Positions 31,856 to 42,076 of a stretch of 64,000 nt of DNA are shown one piece after another. The notes beneath the pieces were generated by a model, which had not been told where the DNA came from, made no database searches, and saw nothing but the letters and a program-made list of their open reading frames with translations. The first letter of the stretch is position 1. Every line of letters starts with the position of its first letter. The position numbers and the translations under genes are program-made. The stretch is from an uncultured Fibrobacterota bacterium. Lineage in GTDB: Bacteria > Fibrobacterota > Chitinivibrionia > Chitinivibrionales > FEN-1185. The DNA lies in NCBI GenBank assembly GCA_963753345.1, contig CAVWBU010000047.1, positions 166,002 through 230,001 of the forward strand, written 5' to 3'.

Positions 31856-31950
31856 CACCCCCGATCGTCATGCGAAGAAGAAAAGCGGGCAGTGTCATGT
31901 TGACCGCAGAATGACGAAAAGGTCTCTTGTACAAGAAGGCCGCAGATCAA

Positions 31951-34467
31951 ATGGGAAACAAACTGCCTGGCTCCGGATACGATAAGAGTCACCGGAACAC
32001 GCCCGCTTCGCCACCCGCCTCAGTTCGCAAAAAGAAAGCAGATTCTTTCCGGACACTTGATGATCTTCTGAACCGTCACGGCAACCTGATCTTTTTGTTC
32101 CTTCTGGTATTTATGGGCCTTTTCGTTTTCAGGGACTTTATTTCATTTCACAAACTATACCTGTTCAAAGACATCGGAAGCGATTCCATTAACATCAACT
32201 ATCCAGGTATGTTTCATATTGCAAACTACCTGAGAACCGACGGCATTCCCCGCTGGTCATTCAACCAGGGAATGGGGCAGAATATTTTTCCCGGATGTAT
32301 CTCGGACCCCTTCAGTCTTGCCTTGATGCTGATCGGCGGAAAACGCTTGGCCTACGGCATCGCATACATGGAACTGTGCAAGATCATTTGTGCCGGCCTG
32401 TTCTTCTTATTGTTCCTGAACAGGAGAGGCGTTACGAAATATGCGGCAATCCTGGGAGGATTTCTCTATTCCTTTTCGGGATTTGTTGTCCTCGGAAGCT
32501 GCTGGAACGGTTTTTCAACCGAGGCCGTTTATTTTGCGTTATTGCTCTATTCATTTGAAAGACTGTATCAGGATAGAACGTGGATTTTGTTTCCCGTTAC
32601 CGTTTCGTTAATTGCCGTCAATCAACCGTTCGATTTGTTTCTGTTTGGTTTGTTCCTGTCGATGTACGCGCTCTTCAGGCTGTTGGAAGACGGCAATTTC
32701 AACCTCAAACCGGCAGGTGAGATCTTCACCAGGATGATCGGACTGGGCGCGCTCGGCGTCGCAATGAGTTCGTTTTTCACCATCGCCGATGTCGTCCAGA
32801 TGCTCCAGAGCCCCCGCGTCGGGGGCGACGCGTCGCTCTTTTCCACACTCATTGCCAAACCCATCCTTGGATTCGAAGGCGAAGAATACGGTCCCCGGTA
32901 TTTCCTGACGGCCGTAATGCGGTTTTTCTCCAGTGACATGCTCGGGACCGGAAGCAACTTTCACGGCTGGTATAATTATCTGGAGGCGCCGCTGTTTTAC
33001 GGCGGGTTGATAAACCTGCTCCTGGTTCCGCAGGCATTCCAGCTTCTTGACATAAGGAGAAGGATCTCCTATTCGGTGCTTCTCGCAGTCTTTATTGTCC
33101 CCGTAATATTTCCGTTCTTCAGGTACTGTTTCTGGGGCTTTACCGGGGATTACTTCAGGCTGTATTCGCTTTTTGTGGTTCTTGTCCTTCTGCTGACTTC
33201 GCTAAAGGCCTTGAGCGGTATCGAAAAGAACGGCAAAATCAACGTGCTCCTGCTTGCGGCGAGCCTCGTGGTGTCACTCATTGTTCTGTATTATCCGTAC
33301 CGTTCTTTCGACAACGGCCCCGTGCTTGACGCGAAAGTGCAAACCATTGCGGCAGCTTTCCTGATTGTGTACGCATTTCTCATATACCTGTTGAAATACA
33401 GGAACACAAAATCATCCATTCAACTGCTCTTGCTTTCGGCCGTTCTGGTCGAACTGGTTTCCTTTTCCAATATTACGGTCAACGACAGACCCGTAATCAC
33501 CGGCGTTGAGAACAGGTTAAAGATAGGCTACAACGACTATACCATAGATGCGATGAATTACCTGAACGCAAGGGACAAATCGTTTTTCAGGGTAAACAAA
33601 TGCTTTTATTCCGGATTGGCAATGCACGGCAGCATCAATGATGCAAAAGTCCAGAATTTCAAAGGAACGCCGTCGTATTATTCATTCAATCAACAGTATT
33701 ACATCAAGTTTCTCGAAGAAATGGGCATCATCAACGGAAGTGCCGAAGCGGAAACCAGATGGGCGCCCGGCCTCACCGGCAGACCGCTTCTCCACGCCAT
33801 GGCGAGCGTAAAATATGCCTTGACAAAGAACAGCACAGCGGGATTCGAGAAGTATGGCTACGATTCCATTGCTTGTGCAGGCGATGTGAAAATATTGGAA
33901 AACAGATATTGTCTCCCGTTGGGCTTTTGCTATGACACCTATATTGATCACCGGGACTTTAGGAGGCTTGCCGCGGAAGACAAGAGCATCGTCATCAACA
34001 AGGCATGCGTCCTTGACGACAGTATCGACGACCTTGGCGGCATGTTGAAGTTCCGGATTCCGGCCGCGAAGCGAACCTATACGTTGAATGATTTTGGAAT
34101 TGATATTGGCAACCTGAGAAAGGACACGTTGTCGCTTACGCGCCAAGATCAGAACAATATAAGCGGCAACATCCGGCTCGACCGCACAAAGGTATTGTTC
34201 TTTTCTATTCCATTCGACAGAGGATGGTCGGCCGCGGTCGACGGGAAAAAGGCGAGATTGATGGTGACCAACATTGGTTTTACCGGCCTGCTGCTTGACA
34301 AAGGAACACATCGTGTTGAGCTGACTTGTGATCCCCCGTATTTTCGGCTGGGGGCGGTCATTTCTGTTCTGGCATTTGCCGTATTTGGGTTCCTCATCTT
34401 TCTCACCATGAAGAGACCGCGCCGCGTCTCTGCCGCGCAACAGGCGCCGGGTCCCGGCCGCCTTTGA
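31951..34467 (+). CDS. YfhO family membrane protein (GT-C type)
   Basis: DIGSDS, WSF..GMGQN, many TMs, C-terminal FFSIPFDRGWSA.VDG...N.GF.GL. Confidence 0.85.
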   Translation: MGNKLPGSGYDKSHRNTPASPPASVRKKKADSFRTLDDLLNRHGNLIFLFLLVFMGLFVFRDFISFHKLYLFKDIGSDSININYPGMFHIANYLRTDGIPRWSFNQGMGQNIFPGCISDPFSLALMLIGGKRLAYGIAYMELCKIICAGLFFLLFLNRRGVTKYAAILGGFLYSFSGFVVLGSCWNGFSTEAVYFALLLYSFERLYQDRTWILFPVTVSLIAVNQPFDLFLFGLFLSMYALFRLLEDGNFNLKPAGEIFTRMIGLGALGVAMSSFFTIADVVQMLQSPRVGGDASLFSTLIAKPILGFEGEEYGPRYFLTAVMRFFSSDMLGTGSNFHGWYNYLEAPLFYGGLINLLLVPQAFQLLDIRRRISYSVLLAVFIVPVIFPFFRYCFWGFTGDYFRLYSLFVVLVLLLTSLKALSGIEKNGKINVLLLAASLVVSLIVLYYPYRSFDNGPVLDAKVQTIAAAFLIVYAFLIYLLKYRNTKSSIQLLLLSAVLVELVSFSNITVNDRPVITGVENRLKIGYNDYTIDAMNYLNARDKSFFRVNKCFYSGLAMHGSINDAKVQNFKGTPSYYSFNQQYYIKFLEEMGIINGSAEAETRWAPGLTGRPLLHAMASVKYALTKNSTAGFEKYGYDSIACAGDVKILENRYCLPLGFCYDTYIDHRDFRRLAAEDKSIVINKACVLDDSIDDLGGMLKFRIPAAKRTYTLNDFGIDIGNLRKDTLSLTRQDQNNISGNIRLDRTKVLFFSIPFDRGWSAAVDGKKARLMVTNIGFTGLLLDKGTHRVELTCDPPYFRLGAVISVLAFAVFGFLIFLTMKRPRRVSAAQQAPGPGRL

Positions 34468-34475
34468 GAAGCACG

Positions 34476-37163
34476 CTACGGCCCGTCGTGCAGCGTTTTT
34501 ACTCCGGCCCAACCTTCAGCCACTTCATTTCTTTCCAGTTTGCCGTTCTTGATTCTCAGTTCCCTGATGTCGCCGAAGAAAAACCCATTGCGCATTCCCG
34601 CGTTTCCAAGATACAACGGCTCCGAGGTGTTCCTGTACACAATCCCCGGCGAGCCTATCCTTACCGAAGAGAGGATGGCGCCGTCTCGGTAAATGCGCAC
34701 GTAATCCGGCGCGACCTCGATGGCGAGGTAATTCCATTTTCCCAATTCCACGGGGATCGGTATTCCATATCCCCCGAAACTGAACATATACTCTGTTCTG
34801 TTCGAACCGTGCTGCAACAGGATCATTCCGGCGCCATCCCTGTAATTGCTGAACACGGTCGCGCCGGTGGTGAGCGAACAGGATGCGATATCCGCGGGTT
34901 TGAAGACCACTTCCACGGAAAAAGTGTCTTCAAGGGAAATACCCCCGGCTTCACCCACAGCGTGTTGCAATTTTGCCAGGAGATTGCGATCGAATAATTC
35001 ATGAAGAACGGCATTCGGATCGTTCTTAAACACCCGCAAAGCCCCGGCATTTTCCTTTCTTCTTGTCAGGAACATGATTCCCCGTTCGGTTTTTTCGACG
35101 CTTGAAACACGATAGAGAGAGCTCAGAATCGACGGAATGGCACCCCGACGGAAGGGAAAATCCGGCAACTCGACAAAAACCTTTGTGCTGTCATTGAGAA
35201 GCAGGTATTGTCGCAGCCGTTGGTAGTCGGATTTAAGGAACAGTTCTTCAATACCGGGATTGACGGCCGCAGCCGTTTTTGACATTTCATAATAGAGGCC
35301 CTGACGGTAATCCGCCGACAAAATCAGGATTTTTTCTTTCTCCCTCGCATGGGACCGAATGAAGCGGACATTTGCGTTTAGCCAGTTCTGCTCGATTGCG
35401 TTTTCCCTCTTGTCATGGTTTGCCGATATCACGTCGACAATTTTCCGGTGCGCATACAACGTCTGGAAAACCGAAAACGAAAGAATGAAAATCAAGAGTG
35501 CAAACGGAACAACCAGGATCCGGTTTCGTCTGGTCAATCCAAGGAGATCGTCCGCAAATACCGTAAGGAGACCAAAAAACGGCGGCATAACGGCGGTCAA
35601 ATTCGAGTTATGACTGCGGCCCCAGTAGTATTGGAAAGAAAGAACACCCACAACGGTCAGAAGAAACACGCCGGCGGCGCGAGGCGATATTGTTCTGGTA
35701 AGGATATGCCGAATCGAATAGCAGAGGCCGACAAGGTACGTGAGGGCCACAAGCATCCATGGATGGATCGTTTTCGGCATCGCAAGCATGCCGGCGCCGA
35801 CCACTGAAAAAACTTTTATCGTTGAAAACAGGAGCGACATGTCGGGAAAGGCGCCGTAGGCAAACCGAATACAGTATGAGTACGTCAGGAACGTCGCGAT
35901 AACGGAGCCCGCTCCGATAGCAAGATGTGCGGCCGTGTTGACGGCAATCGTGGAGAACCTCGGGTTCTCAAATTCAAGATAAATGTAGAAGGCAATCAGC
36001 GAGAGAAACGAGAGCAAGCCGAAATCGGGTGTCCACAAGATGCCGCATGCAAAAACGCAGAACGAGGCGTAATAAAGGACTCTGGAACGATACTTGAGGT
36101 AGATCGCGCTGTAGAGGAGCAATGAACTCGGAAGTATCCAACGCAGGGGCACCATTGCAAAATAGGCATCGAAATTGGTTGCGGTGCGATTCAACATGTA
36201 GCACATGAAGAAAATCGAGGTGATTCCCAGGAGAACTAGGATCCTGTTGGTGACCACGGACCGCAGGAAGAGAAGTTGAAAGAAAAAACACAGCAACGCA
36301 AGAACCGCCATTGTGGTGGAGAAGCTCAAAACGCTAAGCCCGAACAATTTGAGAAGGGGAACCACAAAATGAGGATAGAGCCCATAGGTGTTGGTGAAGT
36401 GGTCTATCAGCAACGGGACGCCGTTATACACCTGCACTACCGAGTAAAATACGGAGTTAAAATCGTAGGCGTTTTCCCAGGTTCGGGGAAAACTGAAGGA
36501 ATTCATGAAAAAGACAGAAAGGGCAAGCAGGCCGCAAAAACCGTAGGTCAAAATTTTCTCAACAATATTGAACGGCGGCGACCATTTCGCGGGAATACGC
36601 TCTTTGTAAAGAAGGTATGACAGGATAAGCGGAAAGAGGACCAAAAGGAACCAAGGAAAATGACTGTAGATAAAGGATCCCATGAAGTAGAAGTCCGCGT
36701 TTGTTTTCGCGACCAAGTCGTGGCCGTTCTCGGGAGCGTTTGCAAAAGGATTGGGAGCGGCAAGACCCTTATACAGGAGAAAAAGGACTGCCAAAACACC
36801 AAGCAGCAGAGAGCTAATGTACAAAATCTTAATAGTATTCCGTCGCAGCCCGGCAAGGGATTGACGCATCAAAAAGTAAAAACCGAATAGCAATACAGGA
36901 AAAGCGACCACCGCGAGACTGTACAAAAGCCGCTTCATCGGATATGGCCTGGCGCCGGTGGCATCTATGAGGGTTTCCTGAGCAAATAGTATTGCGCTGG
37001 AGATGTCGGGATGGTATAGTATTTCGATGAGCTTGACCGCGGCAAGAAATGCGATGATGGCCAAGAGCAGGGCTGCCGACCATCGCACCCACTCAAGCGC
37101 CAAGTCGTCGGGAATCAGGGGGGTTGTTTCGGCAGTGCGGCCTGGGTGTTTGGTGTTGTTCAT
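34476..37163 (-). CDS. Large multi-pass membrane protein, GT-C-like, with C-terminal LamG/ConA-like domain
   Basis: About 14 hydrophobic segments, D....YG loop motif; C-terminal FSVEVVFKP...WNYLAI...IYRDG...LYLG...F.GDIRELRI. Confidence 0.65.
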   Translation of the reverse strand: MNNTKHPGRTAETTPLIPDDLALEWVRWSAALLLAIIAFLAAVKLIEILYHPDISSAILFAQETLIDATGARPYPMKRLLYSLAVVAFPVLLFGFYFLMRQSLAGLRRNTIKILYISSLLLGVLAVLFLLYKGLAAPNPFANAPENGHDLVAKTNADFYFMGSFIYSHFPWFLLVLFPLILSYLLYKERIPAKWSPPFNIVEKILTYGFCGLLALSVFFMNSFSFPRTWENAYDFNSVFYSVVQVYNGVPLLIDHFTNTYGLYPHFVVPLLKLFGLSVLSFSTTMAVLALLCFFFQLLFLRSVVTNRILVLLGITSIFFMCYMLNRTATNFDAYFAMVPLRWILPSSLLLYSAIYLKYRSRVLYYASFCVFACGILWTPDFGLLSFLSLIAFYIYLEFENPRFSTIAVNTAAHLAIGAGSVIATFLTYSYCIRFAYGAFPDMSLLFSTIKVFSVVGAGMLAMPKTIHPWMLVALTYLVGLCYSIRHILTRTISPRAAGVFLLTVVGVLSFQYYWGRSHNSNLTAVMPPFFGLLTVFADDLLGLTRRNRILVVPFALLIFILSFSVFQTLYAHRKIVDVISANHDKRENAIEQNWLNANVRFIRSHAREKEKILILSADYRQGLYYEMSKTAAAVNPGIEELFLKSDYQRLRQYLLLNDSTKVFVELPDFPFRRGAIPSILSSLYRVSSVEKTERGIMFLTRRKENAGALRVFKNDPNAVLHELFDRNLLAKLQHAVGEAGGISLEDTFSVEVVFKPADIASCSLTTGATVFSNYRDGAGMILLQHGSNRTEYMFSFGGYGIPIPVELGKWNYLAIEVAPDYVRIYRDGAILSSVRIGSPGIVYRNTSEPLYLGNAGMRNGFFFGDIRELRIKNGKLERNEVAEGWAGVKTLHDGP

Positions 37164-37386
37164 CAGGTGATAAAGATAGATGGTGAATCGCCCGGCGGGC
37201 AATGGTCCCGATCTTACAGGAACGAGACAGGACTCGTGCAGGCTTAAGTGCGTGGGTGAGCGAGCATAAATAGAAAATCAAATCCAAAAAAGAGCGGATG
37301 CCAAATCAGCTGAGGAGCCCGAAGGGCTTAGGATTCCACTGCGACGACGCAGAGGCGCCGATCACCCCCAACAAAGGAGCAATGCA

Positions 37387-37659
37387 ATGACAAAATGGGA
37401 GTATCAGTTCCTCATTGCAGAGAAATACGGCAAGGGAATTTTCGGCTTTGTCCTGCCCAAGGAAATCTCGTGGAAAATCCATTATGTAAACGGCAAACAG
37501 CAGCAGAATTGGGCCGACGTCACTCTTTTCAATTACCTTGTAAAAATGGGTGAGCAGGGGTGGGAGGTGGCGTCAATGACGTCTCACATGTCCGTCCGCT
37601 CCGGAACCCTGCCGGTGGAGCACCTGTATATTGTCCTCAAGAAGCCGCAGGAACTCTAA
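37387..37659 (+). CDS. DUF4177-like small protein
   Basis: MTKWEY...L.KMGEQGWEV...LKKP; RBS AAGGAG upstream. Confidence 0.75.
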   Translation: MTKWEYQFLIAEKYGKGIFGFVLPKEISWKIHYVNGKQQQNWADVTLFNYLVKMGEQGWEVASMTSHMSVRSGTLPVEHLYIVLKKPQEL

Positions 37660-37917
37660 CGCGGAGAGGTACCGGATACTGTTGATGATTTGCTAGGACC
37701 GGTGTCGGGTTGCAAAATTTCCTGCACAAAAATCCATCATTTTATCATGGTGAGTTGCCTGCGTCCGGCATTTTCGCCGAACTTTGAAGCTTGTCATCAC
37801 GCAAGTTTCCACGTTTGTTGACGGCAAGAACGGCGCCTGTGCTATTTTCATCCGGTGGCGGCCGGACTTCCTGCCCACAATCCTATGTGAGAATGCACGC
37901 CCCGGTGTCCCACACCC

Positions 37918-39573
37918 ATGGAATACATTTCCACACGAACCAGGGTTTTTATTGCCAGTCTTGCAGTAATTGTATACTGTGCAGGCCTGTTTGTTACGGT
38001 CATGGACATCGATGCGGCGCAGTATGCATCCATGAGCTGCCAGATGGCAGCAAGCAACGACTTCTGGACCGCCCTTCTCAAGCCGGCCGGGTATCTTGAC
38101 AAACCGCCATTGCTCTTCTTCCTTTCCGCAGTGTCCTTCAAGGTCCTGGGCGTTTCCACGGTTGCCTATAAGCTGCCTTCGCTGCTTATTATGGTGCTGG
38201 GCTTTTACGCGACCTACCGCCTGGGGAAGCTGCTGTACGGACAGCGGATCGGCGTGCTTTCTGCGGTCATTCTTTGTTCCTCCGAAGGGATTATCTTTTT
38301 CACCAACGACGTCCGGACCGATGCGATCCTGACCGGAGCCGTTGTCTTTTCGGTTTGGCAGATAGCGGAGTTGATCCAGACCGGACGGGCGCGGTTTTTC
38401 CTCGGCGGATGCATCGGCATCGCGCTTGCGATGCTTGCCAAGGGGCCCATCGGTCTCATGGTTCCGGTTCTTGCCATAGGCAGCTGGTTTGCGGGAAAGC
38501 GCGATTTTAAAATGTTCTTCAAATGGTATTGGCCGATGGGCGGCCTTATCGTTCTCATAATGCTTTCACCGATGCTGTGGGGCCTGTACGCACAATACGG
38601 CTGGCATGGAATCAAATTTTACTTCTGGACCCAGAGCTTTGGAAGGATCACGGGGCAGAGTTCCTGGCGCGACACGTCGGGCTATTTCTTCTTTGTCCAC
38701 ACCTTTCTGTGGGCGTTTCTGCCATGGATGCTGCTTGCCTACTACAGCATCGGCGATCACGCCGTAACCTTGATAAAGAGCCGGTTCGATGCGGCGCATG
38801 GCAACGATATGCTTCTCCTCGGAGGGACGGTTTTCCCGTTTGTCGCGCTGTCGTGCTCGCACTACAAACTGCCGCACTATATTTTCGTGATTTTCCCTCT
38901 TGCGGCGATTCTGACGGCGAAGACAGTGTTCGAGTTGGCCGAGAAACAGCAGGCGGTAAAGGCCCGCGACGTGTTCATCCACACGCAACGCGTGGTCTGC
39001 ATCCTGATATGGGTTTTTGCGCTGGTCTGCCTCACCCTGTTCTTTCCCTGTACGAACCCGCTTGTATGGATTCTTATTGCGCCGGTTGCGGTTGCCACGT
39101 TCTACTTCTTGTCAAGGAACAAACCTCCGTTCGTGAGGCTTGTTGTCCCGTCGATGCTGGCGATATTCGGGTTAAACCTCGTGATAAACGTGCATTTTTT
39201 TCCGGAGCTCATGAAATTTCAAGGAGGAAGCAATGCCGCCGCGAGCATCCGGAGCAATCACGTTACGCCGGAACGCCTGTACTGCTACCGCGCGCATGAT
39301 TACTCCATAGATTTCTCCATGCGCGGCAAAGTTCCGGTTCTTGACAGTACGGGAGTTGTCGCGGCGCTGCGCAACAATGATGTCTGGATTTACACGGAAC
39401 GGCCGGGATACCGTTCCATCCTGGAAATGGGATACACGCCCGCAGCCGTGGATTCCTTCCCGAATGTTCATGTCGCGAAGGTGACCGCGAAGTTTCTCTT
39501 CTTCTGGAGCCGGCCCGCCGTTACAGGAAGGCAATACCTGCTTCATTTCATACCCAAGCCGGGATTTCTGTGA
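37918..39573 (+). CDS. ArnT/PMT-like glycosyltransferase (GT-C)
   Basis: D.AQYA, YLDKPPL, KLPS, D..LT, LAKGPIG, KLPHY. Confidence 0.88.
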   Translation: MEYISTRTRVFIASLAVIVYCAGLFVTVMDIDAAQYASMSCQMAASNDFWTALLKPAGYLDKPPLLFFLSAVSFKVLGVSTVAYKLPSLLIMVLGFYATYRLGKLLYGQRIGVLSAVILCSSEGIIFFTNDVRTDAILTGAVVFSVWQIAELIQTGRARFFLGGCIGIALAMLAKGPIGLMVPVLAIGSWFAGKRDFKMFFKWYWPMGGLIVLIMLSPMLWGLYAQYGWHGIKFYFWTQSFGRITGQSSWRDTSGYFFFVHTFLWAFLPWMLLAYYSIGDHAVTLIKSRFDAAHGNDMLLLGGTVFPFVALSCSHYKLPHYIFVIFPLAAILTAKTVFELAEKQQAVKARDVFIHTQRVVCILIWVFALVCLTLFFPCTNPLVWILIAPVAVATFYFLSRNKPPFVRLVVPSMLAIFGLNLVINVHFFPELMKFQGGSNAAASIRSNHVTPERLYCYRAHDYSIDFSMRGKVPVLDSTGVVAALRNNDVWIYTERPGYRSILEMGYTPAAVDSFPNVHVAKVTAKFLFFWSRPAVTGRQYLLHFIPKPGFL

Positions 39574-39631
39574 GCTTTTTTCCAGACGGTATTCCACCAA
39601 TGATGACCCTGAAAATCCGATCAATGATCTG

Positions 39632-39751
39632 TTATTACTCCGGCAACTAAATGTGCGTAACCAAAAAGCGTTCGTGGCGAACCTGTCGAACCATGAACGC
39701 CCCTGCATATGCGACTTGAAACATGGGCATATTTAATCGCCGGAGTAATAA
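39632..39751. mobile_element. MITE-like element with 25-bp terminal inverted repeats and an internal REP-like hairpin
   Basis: TTATTACTCCGGCAACTAAATGTGC / GCATATTTAATCGCCGGAGTAATAA (3 mismatches); internal GCGTTCGTGG...CCATGAACGC at 39668-39700. Confidence 0.65.
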
Positions 39752-39856
39752 TGTCCCGCAGGCACCACTTGTTTTTGCGGAAATCCTGATACGGGTTGAT
39801 TTTGTGCAGCGTGAACAAGCAGTAGAGAAAAGCCTTCGGCGTTTTCTCAAAAACAG

Positions 39857-39967
39857 ACCACGCCCTATGGGCGTGGTGCACAATGTTACGCCAAAGCGCT
39901 TACGCGCTTTTCTTTGATTTCGGGGGTTACACCCCCTCATCAAAGCCACGGCCTATGGCCGTGGTTC
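39857..39967. repeat. Paired IS200/IS605-like palindromes with intervening hairpins
   Basis: ACCACGCCC-TAT-GGGCGTGGT and CCACGGCC-TAT-GGCCGTGG; between them AAAGCGC-TTAC-GCGCTTT and CTTTGAT..GGGGG-TTACA-CCCCC..ATCAAAG. Confidence 0.65.
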
Positions 39968-42067
39968 TTTACTTCGTGCGTCCTTACGCATTGCCGCCAC
40001 CTTGTAGTATCGTGAGGAATCCCGCATGTCAAGCTTCTCATATACTGCGCTCAGCAACCGGAACGCAGCGACAACATCGGGCTTTCTCCTCAGGGCTCGA
40101 TGGCAGTCTGCAATTGCGGAGTCAAACCGACCGGCCGCGGCAAAGGCCGAACCGCGGGAAACGTAATTTCCCGTGCTGTCCGGCAGGAGGTTGATTGCCC
40201 TGGTGAAGAACGGCAGTGATGCTAATGCCCGGCCACCTCTCAACAATTCTTCCGCCGCTGCCAAAGAGAGGTTCGCGGACAAAGGATTGAGTCTTACCGC
40301 CTGCACCATTTCAAAAAGCGGCCTGTCCGGGTCTCCCTTTTTCAAATATGCGACGCCAAGATAGTAGTGAGCCTCCCAACTGAGCGGCCGCACTGCGAGA
40401 GCGCGATTGAGGCACAATATGGCGCTGTCAACAGAGTCGTATCTGAGATTCACAAGAGAAAGCCTGTACCAGGCGGAAAAAAAGTCGGGCCTGCACACGA
40501 TTGCTTTGCGGTAACATTCGACTGATTGCGAGGTCCTGCCGAGCGATTCGTACATTTCGCCGAGACATTCCTGAGCGCCCGCATGATTTGAATCTGCGCT
40601 CACCGCTTTCAGGAAGAAGAATAGCGCTTTTCCCGGTTTGTTCTCGTATCTCATAACAAGACCGGAATTGTAAAGTGCGGCGGGGTAGTTTGGGAAAATC
40701 CTGAGCGCTTCTGAAAAGTGGAATAGGGCGCTGTCGGGCATGCCCTTCCGAAGGAAAACCCCGCCAAGATTGTTGTGCGCAACGTAATTCCCTTGTGTGA
40801 CGGCAAGTGCGTGTCTGAAAAGCGTTGTGCTGTCGCTCCAGTAGGATGTCTGTCGCCTTGCAAGAAAGGAAAGGACAAAAAGGATGATGCATGCACCAAC
40901 GGCGGACAACCTCCGGCCTGAAGGATGAGGCATTGCAACCGCGGAAATGCTCCAGATCGCAATGATAAAAACGCCTATGAGTGGAATATACGAATATCTA
41001 TCCGCCAAAGCCTGCGAACCAACCTGCACTATTCCTATCACCGGCAGCAGGGAAATCACATACCAGAGCCATCCGGTAATAAACCATGGGGCCCGGCGCA
41101 GCAGCCTTATTGCCGCAACAGTGATTCCTGCCAGAACAAGGAAGGATAACGCCGCAAGCGGAAGGCTTATCTCCGGGGCGAGGGGATAGAAGAAAGCCAA
41201 TTTTATCGGCCACACGGCGAGCAGCAGATAATGCATATAGGAAATGACTGCACCGACGATCCTCATGTCAAGCGGGGAACCGGCCACCGCGCCGGAGTGC
41301 TTTTGCGCAAGAAAGGCGATCCAGCACACGACTATCGACAAAGCCGCAAACGGCGCCTTCTCTAAAAGCAACTTTTTCCAGGAGGTCCGCGGAGCCGTGC
41401 CGCTTTCCCGGTGTTTGCCGCACTCACTGCCGGGCCGCAGCCGGCCGAGCGGCCAGTAATCGAGCACCAGCAGGAGAAGAGGCAGGGTGACGACCATTGG
41501 TTTTGCCATGAGGCAGGCGGCAAAGTAGATAAGGGTGCGGACATAGTGCGACCGACGGAGCGTCCTCGCATAGGCAACATACGTCCACAAACTCAACAGC
41601 AGGAAGAACGTCGAAAGAACGTCTTTTCGTTCGGAAATCCAAGCAACGGATTCGACATGCAGGGGATGAAGCGCGAAGAGAAACGAAACCAGCGCGCTTC
41701 GCCATTGCGCTCCTGTGGCGGCTGCAAGAACAAGAAAGAGAAGCAGAGCATTGGCGACATGCAGACAGACGTTTGTCAGGTGGTAGCCGCCCGGGTCGTT
41801 TCCGAAAAGGTCGCGGTCGAGCATGAGCGACAGCCACGTGAGCGGATGCCAATTTGCCGCATCCATTGAGGTGAACGCCCAGCGGACGCTCTTGGCGGTG
41901 AGACCGGACTGCACGTTGGTGTTGTCGTACACATACTCATCGTCGTCATAATTAACAAAAGCGAAATTCCGCGCCGGCCAGTATACCCAGAGCGTGCCGC
42001 CGGCGATGGCCGCGAGGAAAATCGGCCTCACAAGGGTGCTGTTGAAAATTGCCGCGGGTAAACGCAC
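39953..42067 (-). CDS. TMTC-like GT-C membrane protein with C-terminal TPR repeats
   Basis: FVNYDD, NWHPLTWLS, LHPLHVESVAWISERKD, ADRYSY.P, followed by TPRs (AHNNLG). Confidence 0.88.
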   Translation of the reverse strand: MRLPAAIFNSTLVRPIFLAAIAGGTLWVYWPARNFAFVNYDDDEYVYDNTNVQSGLTAKSVRWAFTSMDAANWHPLTWLSLMLDRDLFGNDPGGYHLTNVCLHVANALLLFLVLAAATGAQWRSALVSFLFALHPLHVESVAWISERKDVLSTFFLLLSLWTYVAYARTLRRSHYVRTLIYFAACLMAKPMVVTLPLLLLVLDYWPLGRLRPGSECGKHRESGTAPRTSWKKLLLEKAPFAALSIVVCWIAFLAQKHSGAVAGSPLDMRIVGAVISYMHYLLLAVWPIKLAFFYPLAPEISLPLAALSFLVLAGITVAAIRLLRRAPWFITGWLWYVISLLPVIGIVQVGSQALADRYSYIPLIGVFIIAIWSISAVAMPHPSGRRLSAVGACIILFVLSFLARRQTSYWSDSTTLFRHALAVTQGNYVAHNNLGGVFLRKGMPDSALFHFSEALRIFPNYPAALYNSGLVMRYENKPGKALFFFLKAVSADSNHAGAQECLGEMYESLGRTSQSVECYRKAIVCRPDFFSAWYRLSLVNLRYDSVDSAILCLNRALAVRPLSWEAHYYLGVAYLKKGDPDRPLFEMVQAVRLNPLSANLSLAAAEELLRGGRALASLPFFTRAINLLPDSTGNYVSRGSAFAAAGRFDSAIADCHRALRRKPDVVAAFRLLSAVYEKLDMRDSSRYYKVAAMRKDARSKEPRP

Positions 42068-42076
42068 AAATGCCTG

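Noticed and set aside
37305-37345. Hammerhead-like CTGAGGAG-CCCGAAGGGC hairpin
   Set aside because: The required GAAA after stem II is missing (TTAG instead) and no stems I/III are evident
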